Shown one piece after another: positions 28,521 to 39,300 of a DNA stretch of 64,000 nt. How positions within the stretch are numbered: position 1 is the first letter of the stretch; the number at the start of each line of letters is the position of its first letter. The DNA comes from a virus. The stretch spans positions 4,480 through 68,479 of IMG/VR virus record IMGVR_UViG_3300031726_000003; one strand, written 5' to 3'. A program made the position numbers and the translations under genes. Below the pieces are notes generated by a model that did no database searches, was not told the origin of the DNA, and worked only from the letters and a program-made list of their open reading frames with translations.

Positions 28521-28984
28521 GCGTTGTCATCACACAGATAGTAAACGGACTCACGGCGGCTACTACGCTGTATGATTTTCAGTTCACGTCGTACGCCAAT
28601 ATCGGCGGCAACTATTACGCTGTCGGCCCGAGTGGGTTCTACCAGATTGACGTGGGCGACACCGACAATGGGGCGCCGATAAACGCCGTGCTATCCACCG
28701 GGGAAGAAGACTTCAACACCGCGCAGATCAAACGGCTCTCGGACGTGTATATGGATATGCGTGCCACCGGCGACATAGTGTTCCGTGTATATCCAGACGA
28801 GACAGCTCCGTTTGAGTATACGGTCAGCCCGCTCATGGTCACGACGCTGAGACAACGACGTTCGTGGATCGGCAAAGGTATGAGGGCTAGGCATTTTCGG
28901 TTTGAGATAGAAAACACGAACGGGTGCAACTTCGACCTGAACGATATTTTAGTGTCAGCCGATGTGACGGCTAGGAGACTTTAA
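28517..28984 (+). CDS. Tail structural protein
   Basis: GKGMRARHFRFEIEN motif like the C-terminal part of nozzle-type proteins. Confidence 0.65.
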   Translation: MSVVITQIVNGLTAATTLYDFQFTSYANIGGNYYAVGPSGFYQIDVGDTDNGAPINAVLSTGEEDFNTAQIKRLSDVYMDMRATGDIVFRVYPDETAPFEYTVSPLMVTTLRQRRSWIGKGMRARHFRFEIENTNGCNFDLNDILVSADVTARRL

Positions 28985-28986
28985 TC

Positions 28987-30780
28987 ATGGCTACATCAGC
29001 AGCGTTTGACTCGGCTATAGCGACGCTTCAGGACGCATCATCTGCGTTCGCGAGCAGCATGAACCAGTATGCCGACATGTCGCAGAATGGCGGCATCGAG
29101 ATGGCGAACATTAACATCGCTACCGGTGGCATCTACTATAACGGCGTAGTCAACCCGGCTAATATCACTATGAGTGATGTGGTGTTCAACGGGCGGACGC
29201 TTCCCACCGTTAATATGCCGACTATCACGATGGGGGATACTGGCGTCGCCCCGACCTTCTCCGCTACCACTCCTCTGGTGAATATCCCGGTTGTGCCTGC
29301 GCTGGTGATACCGGACGTTAATACCACCCCGCCGACATTCAATATGCCGACGCTTCCCGACACTCCGCAGTTCACCTACCCGGCGGTGCCGACTATCAGT
29401 GAAGTGGCGATGCCGGCAGCACCGGCGATAAATCTGCCGGTGTTCGACAGCACATTCATTGATTACGACCTGACGAACACTGTCGGCGATTTCGATTGGG
29501 CGGAGGCTCCGTTTCAAGACGCACTGATGGACGAGCTGAAGTCCAAGCTGATGGCTGACCTTATAAACGGCGGCTATGGTATCGAGCCTGCCGATGAAGA
29601 AGGATTGTGGATGCGTGCCGTTGATCGTGAGGTACGCAACTCCGAGCGCGCTATTCAGGAGGCCAACCGCGCCGCTGCAGCGCGCGGGTTCAGCCTACCC
29701 CCCGGTGCTCTGTTCGCGCAGATGGAGTCCGTACGGCAGGATACGATGGAGAAGAACAGTAGCGTGCAGCGAGACATAGCACTCAAGCGCGCTGACTTGT
29801 ACGTACAGAACAGACAGTTCACCATCCAAGAGACACGTCAGGTAGAGCAGATGCTGCTCAACTACTGGGCCGGTGTACAGGAGCGTGCGTTGCAAGCGGC
29901 CAAGGCACTTGTAGAGCTTGGCGTGATAGCGTTCAACTCCCGGATTGCCAGACTGAATTATTTCCTCGAGCAGTACAAGATAAAAGCGATGGTGTACGAA
30001 ACTACGCTACGCGCCGCACTTGCGAATCTTGAAGTCTACAAGGCTGAGATGGAGGGTGTAAAAGTCTCTGTCGAGGTACAGCGCAGTCGTGTTGATCTAT
30101 ACGTCGCGCAGTTACAGGGTATCAAGACTTCAGCCGATATCTACCGTACCGAGATGGAGGCGTCACAGATACAGGCACACATAGAGGAGATCAAGCTGAA
30201 CGCTTTCCGTGTGGGCATCGAGGGGTTCAAGGCGCTGGTAGATGCGAAAGTGTCTGTATATACAGCCTACCGCGCGCAGATCGAAGGGGAGATGGCAAAG
30301 GTCAATCTGTATACCGCACAGGTGCATGCATATTCCTCCGAGGTTGAAGCGTACAAGGGCAAGATACAGGCGGCAGTTGCCAACGTACAAGGGCAGTCTG
30401 TTGTTGCTGACGTCCAGATCAAGAATCTGGAAGCTAATGCAAACGCGTATACTGCGGAAGCACATGCGTACAGCGCGCGTGTGACTGCCCTGTCTGAAGC
30501 CGCGCGTGTGAAGGTGGAGTCATACAAAGCCACTACTTCTGCCCAACTGGACAATGCGCGGGTAGCGGTGTCGGCATGGGAGGCAACAGCGCACACCCAC
30601 ATGGCGGCGGCAGGCATCGTGGGCAACGTGGCTATGCAGAACGCGTCGATGGCTAACGCACGTGCCACTGCTGCTGCCAGTACAGCGGCATCTATCGCCG
30701 GTACGTACGCGGCGGCTATGGGTTCTGCAGTCAGCGGAATCAGTGCGCTGGAAGCTGACATCACGTCATCTAACGGTTAA
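28987..30780 (+). CDS. Internal virion / ejection protein (Pro-rich segment plus long coiled coil)
   Basis: RGFSLPPG motif, extended Ala/Glu/Tyr heptads; gene position. Confidence 0.65.
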   Translation: MATSAAFDSAIATLQDASSAFASSMNQYADMSQNGGIEMANINIATGGIYYNGVVNPANITMSDVVFNGRTLPTVNMPTITMGDTGVAPTFSATTPLVNIPVVPALVIPDVNTTPPTFNMPTLPDTPQFTYPAVPTISEVAMPAAPAINLPVFDSTFIDYDLTNTVGDFDWAEAPFQDALMDELKSKLMADLINGGYGIEPADEEGLWMRAVDREVRNSERAIQEANRAAAARGFSLPPGALFAQMESVRQDTMEKNSSVQRDIALKRADLYVQNRQFTIQETRQVEQMLLNYWAGVQERALQAAKALVELGVIAFNSRIARLNYFLEQYKIKAMVYETTLRAALANLEVYKAEMEGVKVSVEVQRSRVDLYVAQLQGIKTSADIYRTEMEASQIQAHIEEIKLNAFRVGIEGFKALVDAKVSVYTAYRAQIEGEMAKVNLYTAQVHAYSSEVEAYKGKIQAAVANVQGQSVVADVQIKNLEANANAYTAEAHAYSARVTALSEAARVKVESYKATTSAQLDNARVAVSAWEATAHTHMAAAGIVGNVAMQNASMANARATAAASTAASIAGTYAAAMGSAVSGISALEADITSSNG

Positions 30781-30796
30781 TGGACGGAGTCTTATC

Positions 30797-33331
30797 ATGA
30801 AAGAGACACAGATTTTACGGGGACTCGCCAAAGCGAAGGCGGCGTACAAGGCTAACAAATTTGCGAGTGGGTATGTACCACCGCAGCTTGCTAACTCCGA
30901 GGGGTTTCAGAATCTGGAGCGGGCCGGGCTGACAGAGAAGCTGCCCACCATCCGAATCCCACAACCACAGCCCGCTGCTCCTGTCGTACAACCCGGTGCA
31001 GCGGCTGCACAGCGCACGGCGGGCATGGCTCGATCAGCTCAGATGGGCGGGCGTGCTCTGGGTCTCGGCGCAGCTATGATGGGGTACTCACCTGACATCG
31101 AGAGCGGTATGTTCCCTGCGAATCAGCCTCGTCCAGACCCGCTGCCAGCATTCAATAACCCCGCTCAGCCTAGTCCTGTCAGTATGGCGCGAGGCGGTAT
31201 GGTGCACGGCGCTGGTACTCATACCTCGGATAGCGTACCTGCCATGTTGTCTCAAGGCGAGGCTGTGCTACCAGCTAAGACCGTAGCTGCTGCCGGCGGC
31301 TCGAAGAGCATCCAGCGACTTATCGAACAGACCACGCACCACGAGCCGAAGCGCACGTTGAGGGGCGGTATGCACGCTGCAGTTGGAGCGGTGGATGACC
31401 GCCCTGACTTCCGCCCTATCTCGCTCGCACAGAACGGTATGCAGACAGCTCCTGTAGCTGCTCCTGTAGCCTCCCCTGCCCCTGCACCGAACTTCACTCC
31501 TGCGCCCGGCGCAGGCAGCACCGGTACATCCGGTGGCTACACCCCGCCTGTACCTACGAATCCAGAGGGCGACCTCATCGGCCTAGCAGCGGCGAACAAT
31601 GCAGTTGCCAATAAACAGGCACGAGTTGCGCCGCCTGAACCACCGGCACGACCACCGTCACGAGTCGCTGCTGCGGTACAGCGGACCGGCGGACTGGTAG
31701 ACAAGGTTAAAGATGCTGTGCTAGGGACACGTGTTGCACCGGTCACTCCACCTGTCGTGCACGCGGCTACAGGGGCTGCGAACGGGTTGGAGCTGGCGCC
31801 CAAGGACGGCGCGGTATCTGACGCAGCATCGCGTACAGCCGAAGTGGCTCCGGGGAAGACCTCTCCGTCGTTCATGCAGCGGGCCGTTGCGAACATGCCC
31901 GGCGCCGACGTGGGAGAGGGGGCGTTAAAAGCGGGGGCGCGCACGTTAGGCAGCGCCGTGAGATTAACAGGCCGTGTAGCAGCACCGGTTGCTGCGGCTA
32001 TGTCGCTGAATAAAGTAGGCGGTGTGGCTCTAGACCCGAGTAAGACGATGGGCGAGAAAGTCGGCGCGGCTGCTGAAGAAGGTCTCGGCAGATGGGCACC
32101 AGCCGCTGCGCTCGGCGGAGTAGGTGCAGAACTAGGGCTGGCGGGAGGACCGGTAGGTTCCGCTATAGGTGGGCTGGCTGGCGGCGCGCTTGGGTACTTC
32201 GCTGGTGATAAGGCGCTTCAGTGGGCGCATGAGCACGGAATCATGGAAGACCCCACCAAGGGATCGAAGACGCTCACCGAGGCTACCGGCATCAACGACG
32301 CCGTAGCCAAGATGTATAACGGAGACAAGACGGCGGCACCTCCTCCTCCTCCTCCTCCGGGAGCTGCAGTGGCTAAAGCCCCTGCTGCTGCTGCTGCTGA
32401 CAACGACGCCGCAATACAGCAGGCCAAGCAGCAGACACTGCAAGACCTTCTTCATCAGTTGTCTCAGGTGCACCGCGACCCGAATGTCGATGCGTTCGGG
32501 TACGGGCGGGTTAACAACGGCCCTGACACGCCCATGACAGGGTACGGAGACGGTAGCGGTAACTCGAATTATATGCATCCGAGCCAGTTGGATACGTTCT
32601 CGAAGACACGCGATCCTAATCGTAAGGGCGGGTTATTCGACGGCATGACTGGTATAGGTAGCGCCTTGGCTGAAGCCGCGCAGACGAAATACAACAAGAA
32701 CCAGAATACGTTGCGCCGTGGTCAGGATATGAACTACGCCACCACACTGATGCAGCGTGAGATGGCGCAGAAGAGCTATCTCCGTGATCTATACAACGAT
32801 CAAGCCACGCGCAATCAGGGGGTGATTGACACCATGTCTGCGATTGGAGCGGATGGCAAACCGATGACCGATACCAAAGGCAATCCGATCAAATCGCCGG
32901 CCCGTGCGGCTGACTTGAACCGGAGCCTTATAGCCGCGCTGGGTAATGCAAAACACCCGATGACTGGACAACCGCTGCGTATCGGCGATCTCGATACCAG
33001 TGCGTTGAACCAGTTCTTCGACGCCGGTGCTCGTAAGGACTTCTTCGACACTATGAATGAGGGTAAACTCAGAACTATGCTGCGTGCAGTAGGAGCCGAC
33101 GAACCTGCGTTCAAGAGCGCTAATCCGTTTGCGCCGGGGTACACTGTTACCGGCACTGCACCGGGGATGTTGGGCCAGCAGCAGCTACGCACCGCAGCGA
33201 ATGCGCCGGGCAAGACTAGCGGCATATGGGCGCCGAATCTCACCGGCGGCTCATGGGGCGCCCCATTCAACTGGGATCAGATGGTGGCAGCACAGAACGG
33301 ACAACGCGTCTGGAATCAAGATCAACAGTAG
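30797..33331 (+). CDS. Internal virion / DNA pilot-like protein
   Basis: Ala/Gly/Pro-rich, Gly-zipper hydrophobic segment, GGMVHGAGTHTSDSVPAMLSQGE motif; ATG 30797 with GGAG RBS. Confidence 0.65.
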   Translation: MKETQILRGLAKAKAAYKANKFASGYVPPQLANSEGFQNLERAGLTEKLPTIRIPQPQPAAPVVQPGAAAAQRTAGMARSAQMGGRALGLGAAMMGYSPDIESGMFPANQPRPDPLPAFNNPAQPSPVSMARGGMVHGAGTHTSDSVPAMLSQGEAVLPAKTVAAAGGSKSIQRLIEQTTHHEPKRTLRGGMHAAVGAVDDRPDFRPISLAQNGMQTAPVAAPVASPAPAPNFTPAPGAGSTGTSGGYTPPVPTNPEGDLIGLAAANNAVANKQARVAPPEPPARPPSRVAAAVQRTGGLVDKVKDAVLGTRVAPVTPPVVHAATGAANGLELAPKDGAVSDAASRTAEVAPGKTSPSFMQRAVANMPGADVGEGALKAGARTLGSAVRLTGRVAAPVAAAMSLNKVGGVALDPSKTMGEKVGAAAEEGLGRWAPAAALGGVGAELGLAGGPVGSAIGGLAGGALGYFAGDKALQWAHEHGIMEDPTKGSKTLTEATGINDAVAKMYNGDKTAAPPPPPPPGAAVAKAPAAAAADNDAAIQQAKQQTLQDLLHQLSQVHRDPNVDAFGYGRVNNGPDTPMTGYGDGSGNSNYMHPSQLDTFSKTRDPNRKGGLFDGMTGIGSALAEAAQTKYNKNQNTLRRGQDMNYATTLMQREMAQKSYLRDLYNDQATRNQGVIDTMSAIGADGKPMTDTKGNPIKSPARAADLNRSLIAALGNAKHPMTGQPLRIGDLDTSALNQFFDAGARKDFFDTMNEGKLRTMLRAVGADEPAFKSANPFAPGYTVTGTAPGMLGQQQLRTAANAPGKTSGIWAPNLTGGSWGAPFNWDQMVAAQNGQRVWNQDQQ

Positions 33332-33349
33332 CACTTACAGGAGAGACTC

Positions 33350-36300
33350 ATGGCTGGTTTAGCTGACGCGCTCTACGCACAGGCCGGGTATAACAATCCC
33401 CCCGCAGGAGGTGACGTCTTATATGCCCCGCAGCAGTCTGTTCCTACGCCGGAGATGATGCAGCAGTTCTCTCCGGGGAACTCATTCACACAAGGGCTTG
33501 CGCGCGGTGGTCGAGGGCTGCGGGGGCAGATTGGCGCGCTGGTAGGCACAGGCGCTGAAGCGATGGGGTTCCCGAGCGTAGCGCAGGGAGGATACGACCT
33601 AGCTGCGGATATGGCGCACCAGAACGCGGATGCTGCGCAGACAGACGCGATCCCGACGTGGAAGAACGTGCATGATCTGAAGGGGCTGTCGCAGTTCACT
33701 CTGGGCAGCGTAGGGGCAGGACTTCCGTACATCGCCCCTGCCGTGCTCGGCCCGATGGGTGCACGTATAGCAGGCGCAGGACTTGAAGGACAGATCGCCG
33801 CTGGTACTGCGGCCAATGCATTACCGTTCGCTGGCAGTGCTGCTGAGCGGCTGCATGATGATCCAGCTACAGCCTCCATGCCGGCCAGCCATCGGCTAGG
33901 TATCGCAGGGACAGAAGGGCTGGCAGGCGCAGGGCTATACGCCATCCCCGGCGCACTCATGGGCGAGCGGGCTGTCGGCGCCGCTGGCATGGCTGCGAAA
34001 CCTACACTCAACCCGCTCAAATCCGCCGCCGGTATGGCCGGCGACACCGCTGCGTTCATGGGCGGCATGGGCGCTGCTGGTGCCGCCACAGGTCAGCTTG
34101 GGCGCACAGTGCAGAGGCAGTACGACCCGACATACCTAGAAGGGCAAGACCCGGAGCTGATGAAAGAGGAGTTTGCCGGTAGTGCTGCTGGTATGCTGCC
34201 GTTCGCCATTCCGCATGCCATCTCCGCTCACACCGCTGGTGCGGCACGTCAGCCGATCCGTGAGTTCGTGAGCGCGGGCGTGAAAAACGTGGGGCGCAAG
34301 ATATATGACTCCATGCCTGATATGGCGCAGAGCGCACTCGACGTTTTGGTCGCTACAGGCAAGACCACTTCTGATGGGGCCAGACTGCTCAGTGAGTTCA
34401 AGGAGCATATCAAAGGCAAGGCGCGTACTGCACTCGATGCGTACGAGGACAGCCTGAACACCGCGCGTACAGACAACTTCATCACCGGCGAAGAAGGCGG
34501 CGTCAACGACCACCTCGGCGCTGCCGCAGATGCTGTGAAGGCGGCGCTTCCGACAGAGGATGAGGCGGCTGCAACAGGGTTGGCGGCTGGACGCGCGGTA
34601 CGCAAGGCTGCGGTTGACACATGGGGCACGATACGCAAGGCGGTGTTCGGCGAGGGCGTGCCTGAAGCCACCCCGATGAACATCAAGCGCGTGCATGCAC
34701 GCATCGCTTCGCTGGAGAACGTCTCTGCTGAAGAAGCCCCCGGCGTGTACTCGAAGCTGGTGGAAAGCCTTGGCGACCACGACTCTCCGGCTGCTGACCG
34801 CATACGCACGCTCGCGCAGAAGCGGCTAAATGACGGCAAGTTATCCGACGAAGAGGTGTATGGAATGTCGAACGACATTCTGGAGGTCGCCGCTGCCAGA
34901 CGCGCTATACAGCAGGCACGTGACATCGCATCATCCAAGCCGGATGCAACTGTAGACGAAGAGGGACCAGCGTCTGAGTCGTCCAATTCCATACCGAATA
35001 AACTGTTTCGCGATTCGTTCGCGAAGTGGGGCGTCGACCCTGCGCTGACTAGTGAGCTAGGCAAGTACGTAAATCCGACCACCGTGCATAAATACGGCAT
35101 TACTGACCTGAACAGGCAGCTAGTGGCGAAAGCCGCAGAGTTGACCGGCGGCGATGAAGGCCATATGACGGCGGTAACGAAGGCAGTCGAGAGCATGACA
35201 TCGGAACTGCAGTCGTACCGCAAAGAGGCGCACCCCGATCTGCCGGATGATCCAATGAAGGTGATGCGTGGTATTGAGTCTGCAGCACGCACGATGGTGA
35301 ACGCCAGTGACCGCCCTGAGGCACGCGACCCATCTACTGCGAGGGCTGCCGCTGACACCATGATGGAGATCGTGAATGCGGCTGCGCAAGGGCGGGACGT
35401 GCACTATGGCGACGGGAAGACGCGCTCGTGGCGCGCATCTGTCGGCAAGTTGACTGACTGGCTGCATGGCGAGTATGGGCAAGCCGGAGCGGAATTCGTG
35501 CAGAACGTACTCGCGCACGCACGTGAGGCATACGGCGAAAACAGCAAGGTAGTCGGCAGGCTAAAGCTGTTGAACGACACCTCTACTCAGTACGAGTCGT
35601 CCCTGCGTGATTTCGGAGAGCAGTTAAACCGCAAGTACGCAGACCAGAAGGTCAATGTGCGTAACGTGATGAAGCGAATGCTGGGCGATCTACGCACCAC
35701 CCGCGACATGGCTGAGCCGTCTACGCTCGCACAGCACAAGGCCACGCTGGACTCAAACATAAAACAGACACGCGCTGCAATCGATTCGATGGAGAACAGC
35801 GGCACTATCGACCCGCGAGTGCAGAAGGACATCGACGCGAAATATGCCGAACTACACAGCTATCTGCGTCAGGCCGATGAACTGGCAGAACAGCGCACAT
35901 CGCCCGCGAAAGACCCGCAGATGGAGCTGCGTCGCCGATGGCTCGGTGAGTTCAAGAACGACAAGGCATATCAGCGCGCGCTGGCTGCGGTGCAGCGCTA
36001 CGAGCGTAGTGGAGCTGACGCCGTACCGAAGAAAGAACTCGGTGGGGCACCTACTAGAGCCGCGACGAACGCCGAGGGTGACACAGGCAATCACAACTAT
36101 TCTGCTGAGCAGAGTACGACGGAGGGTGCCGAACATCTAGAGGAGGATCAGAAGAAGCTCGTCGCACAGGCTGCGAACGAGAAAGGCACCAACGACACAT
36201 TCACTCCGTCACAGAACGTGGGATACCACGGTGTAGAGACCATGCGCGGGCTGCGCGTAGAGGGTAATGATGTACCCACGCCGATCTCCCGCAAGCAGTC

Positions 36301-39300
36301 CGCCGACTTTGAAAAAGGCGGCATGAGGAACAAGACGTACGAGCAGATGCATGCTCTGCATGGGTTCCATACTGCGAGCGAGTGGCGCAACATGAAGAAC
36401 TGGGCTGAAGAGCGGAGCGCCTCCACTGGCGAATCTGTGAACAGCTTGCTGAACACCGCGATGGAGAAGGTTATCGCGCACGATGAAGAGCGGCTACAGA
36501 CTCTGGAGAAGCGTAACGCATCGAACGTGGCATCTGAAGATATTGCGTTTCTCCACGCTCGCCGGGAGATGTACGACGACCTGAAGAAGCGTGGCAATGA
36601 TGCTGGCGGGACGTTCTCCCCCGGTAAACTGTTCTTCGAGGATAAGATCAACCGGCACTACGGCTTGTACCGCATGGAGGGGGACGAGGGTACTGAATTA
36701 CACTTCACCCCCGAATCGCTGCAACGCTTTGCCCCCAAAGAAGGTGTGCTCGGCCCCGAGTCCCCAGATAAATACGCCAACAAGCTGATGGAGCGATTCA
36801 AAGGCGTGAAGATGGCCCCGGAGAAGCGCGGTGAGCTGATCGATAATATCAAACAATCGCTGCTCCCGTTACGGTTTGAGGACGGCAAGACCACACAGTT
36901 GGACATCGGACGCCTTGTGGAGAACGTCCTTGAGCGTCATTGGGTACAGCAGGGTAAGATCATAGGCGTGAAGGAGCGCGAAGGCGCGCTTGAGCATGAT
37001 CGTACCGGCGTGCCAAAGCAGAGATATACGTCGGAGGAAGTCCTTCGGGCGTTCTATGAGGTAGTCAATACCATCAAGCTGACGAAGGGTGTGGACAACG
37101 AGAGTGCATTCGGTGAGGGCAAGCCCCTTGAAGGACAGCGGTTGGTGAAGGCAACTCGCACCGGGGCCGCGTTGTTCACGAAGAAAGACACGGCGCGCAC
37201 TATACGTGAGTTCGATCCGAAGCTGGTTATCTATCGTAGCAAGCCTACAGTGGTCGATGGGAATGTAACGCAGCGCGTAGTTCGCGCTGGCGACGTGGTA
37301 AGTTTCCTCGGTAAGGACTCTTCTGGCAACGCTATGTACAGCCGGAAAAATATCGACCTGAACAAGGTGCTCGTCGACAGGAAGAAAGAGACGTTCTCCG
37401 AGTCGCGTATAACCAAGAGCACTGGGTATTCTAAGGACGGCACGTTCATCGGAGTAGGTAAGCCGGACGAACATGCTGCCGTTACTCCGAATACTCACGC
37501 CATCGAGGCGGCTAAAAAAGGAGTGTTGCGCGACTTCACCGCTGGCAAAGATTTAGACTTGCGAGCGGCGCTGAACGAATCGGCAGATATGCACGGCATA
37601 TCACGCAGTGACATACCAGACATGGACGAGGCGCACGTCGCCGCGTTGATTCGCGACGTGCTTATCAACGTGGCTGACACGGGGCACAAGCACGACCTTA
37701 TGGCCGACGACATTGGCAAGCTGCTCGCAGGTACAAAGTTCCCTCGTGGCGACCCGCGCAAAGCGTGGCAGGATGCGGTTGTGTATACGCGCGAGCTGGC
37801 CGACGGGACGAAGTTTGACGTGACGCTGATGGCACTCCTTAAAAAGGCTGACTACGGCGATAGTATGCCGCGCCATAGCATAGAAGCAGCAAAGGCGTTC
37901 CATCTACGTAGCCAGATTGATCGCATACTTCGCCGTATCGATACTCCTGAGAACGACGAAGGACCGGTAGGGCACGATGTTGAGAAGGTGAAAGCCGACA
38001 TAGCTACTACGAACTCGGAGATTGCCCGGCTCACTGAGCAGCGTAAGACCGCGCCTACCAACGCAGCTCAGATCGGCATACCATCGCGGAAACGGGCAGA
38101 ATCCAGAGAGCAGATAGATGAGAAGTTAGCGGGGCTGAAGGCGGACAAGACCAGACTCGAAGGTATCCGCTTCAGCTCTGGCAAGGACGTGGAGGATAAT
38201 ACCGTGCTGGGCCGGTTGCAGTCGCGGTTAGACCGGGAGACTGGTAATCGAGAGGAATCTGTAAATACAGCCGCGCTGAAGAACGGAATGGACGAGCTGT
38301 ACAACTTCATGACTGGCAGCGCGATGCGCGACGCGAAGGACAGCGACGGCAACTACGTGTTGGCCGATCTTCACGATGTGTTGGGCACTGGCAACGAGGT
38401 GCCGAAGATGGGGGCTGCAGAAGCCAAACGCGCACTCGGCGCAGGGGAGAAGTATGCTGGGGTGGATAAGACCGGGCCGAAAATGGCGGACGTTAAAGAT
38501 TCCGGCAAGATTGGCCCTGCAACGGACTGGACCTCGCCGGAGAATCTGCGCAAGCTGTCTACCGGGCTGCGCGCTGTAGAGGATGCATTCAAAGCCGCCC
38601 CAGAAGCGAAGATGACCAGCGAGACACTGAGCACTGTACAACCAGTGCGCGGGCCAAAGGGGTCTACCACCGGCATGATGGAACAGCGCAGAGCGAATAT
38701 TGCCAGCGCTGCCGCCAAGCAGAAACAGAAAGAGGTTGCACGTCTGCAGCGCATGGCGCGGGGCGAGATCACACAGACACAGAGTGGGTTCCGTAGCCGC
38801 AACAACAAGGTCGGCCCCGCGTCGAAAGAAGCCGCTGCCAGATTAGCGAAGGCTACGGAGGTAATGAATAATCCGAGGGACTTGAGCGAGCCAGTGCCAC
38901 AGGCTGTAGAGCATGCGGCTGATGCGTCATTTGTCGAAAAGGAACGCGAGAGTACCGCCACAGGCTATAAACAGCCGGGTGTGCTGCACGTGAGTGAGAG
39001 CAACTTCTTGGCCCATCTTGACCAATACACTCCGGAGCAGGCGGCTAACTGGATCGCATCCAACTCACCACGTAGCCAGACGGACAAGATGGTACTCAAG
39101 GACTATGTTAACTCTATCCTTGACGAGATTCATAGCCGCGATCCAGAGAAGGCGGTCAAGGCGTCATACGAGCTGGTTGATACAGGCGGGTGGAAAGAGC
39201 CTGTCTCCAAGGCGGATGATGCGCCGTTCTCCGAGTCGTCGCGCAAGACAAAGCCGCTCACCAACGAGGAGAAGATTGCGCAGCTAGAGAAGGACTTGAC

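Noticed and set aside
32338-32400. (CCT)n and (GCT)n runs as phase-variable repeats
   Set aside because: Short in-frame poly-Pro and poly-Ala linkers within a low-complexity protein
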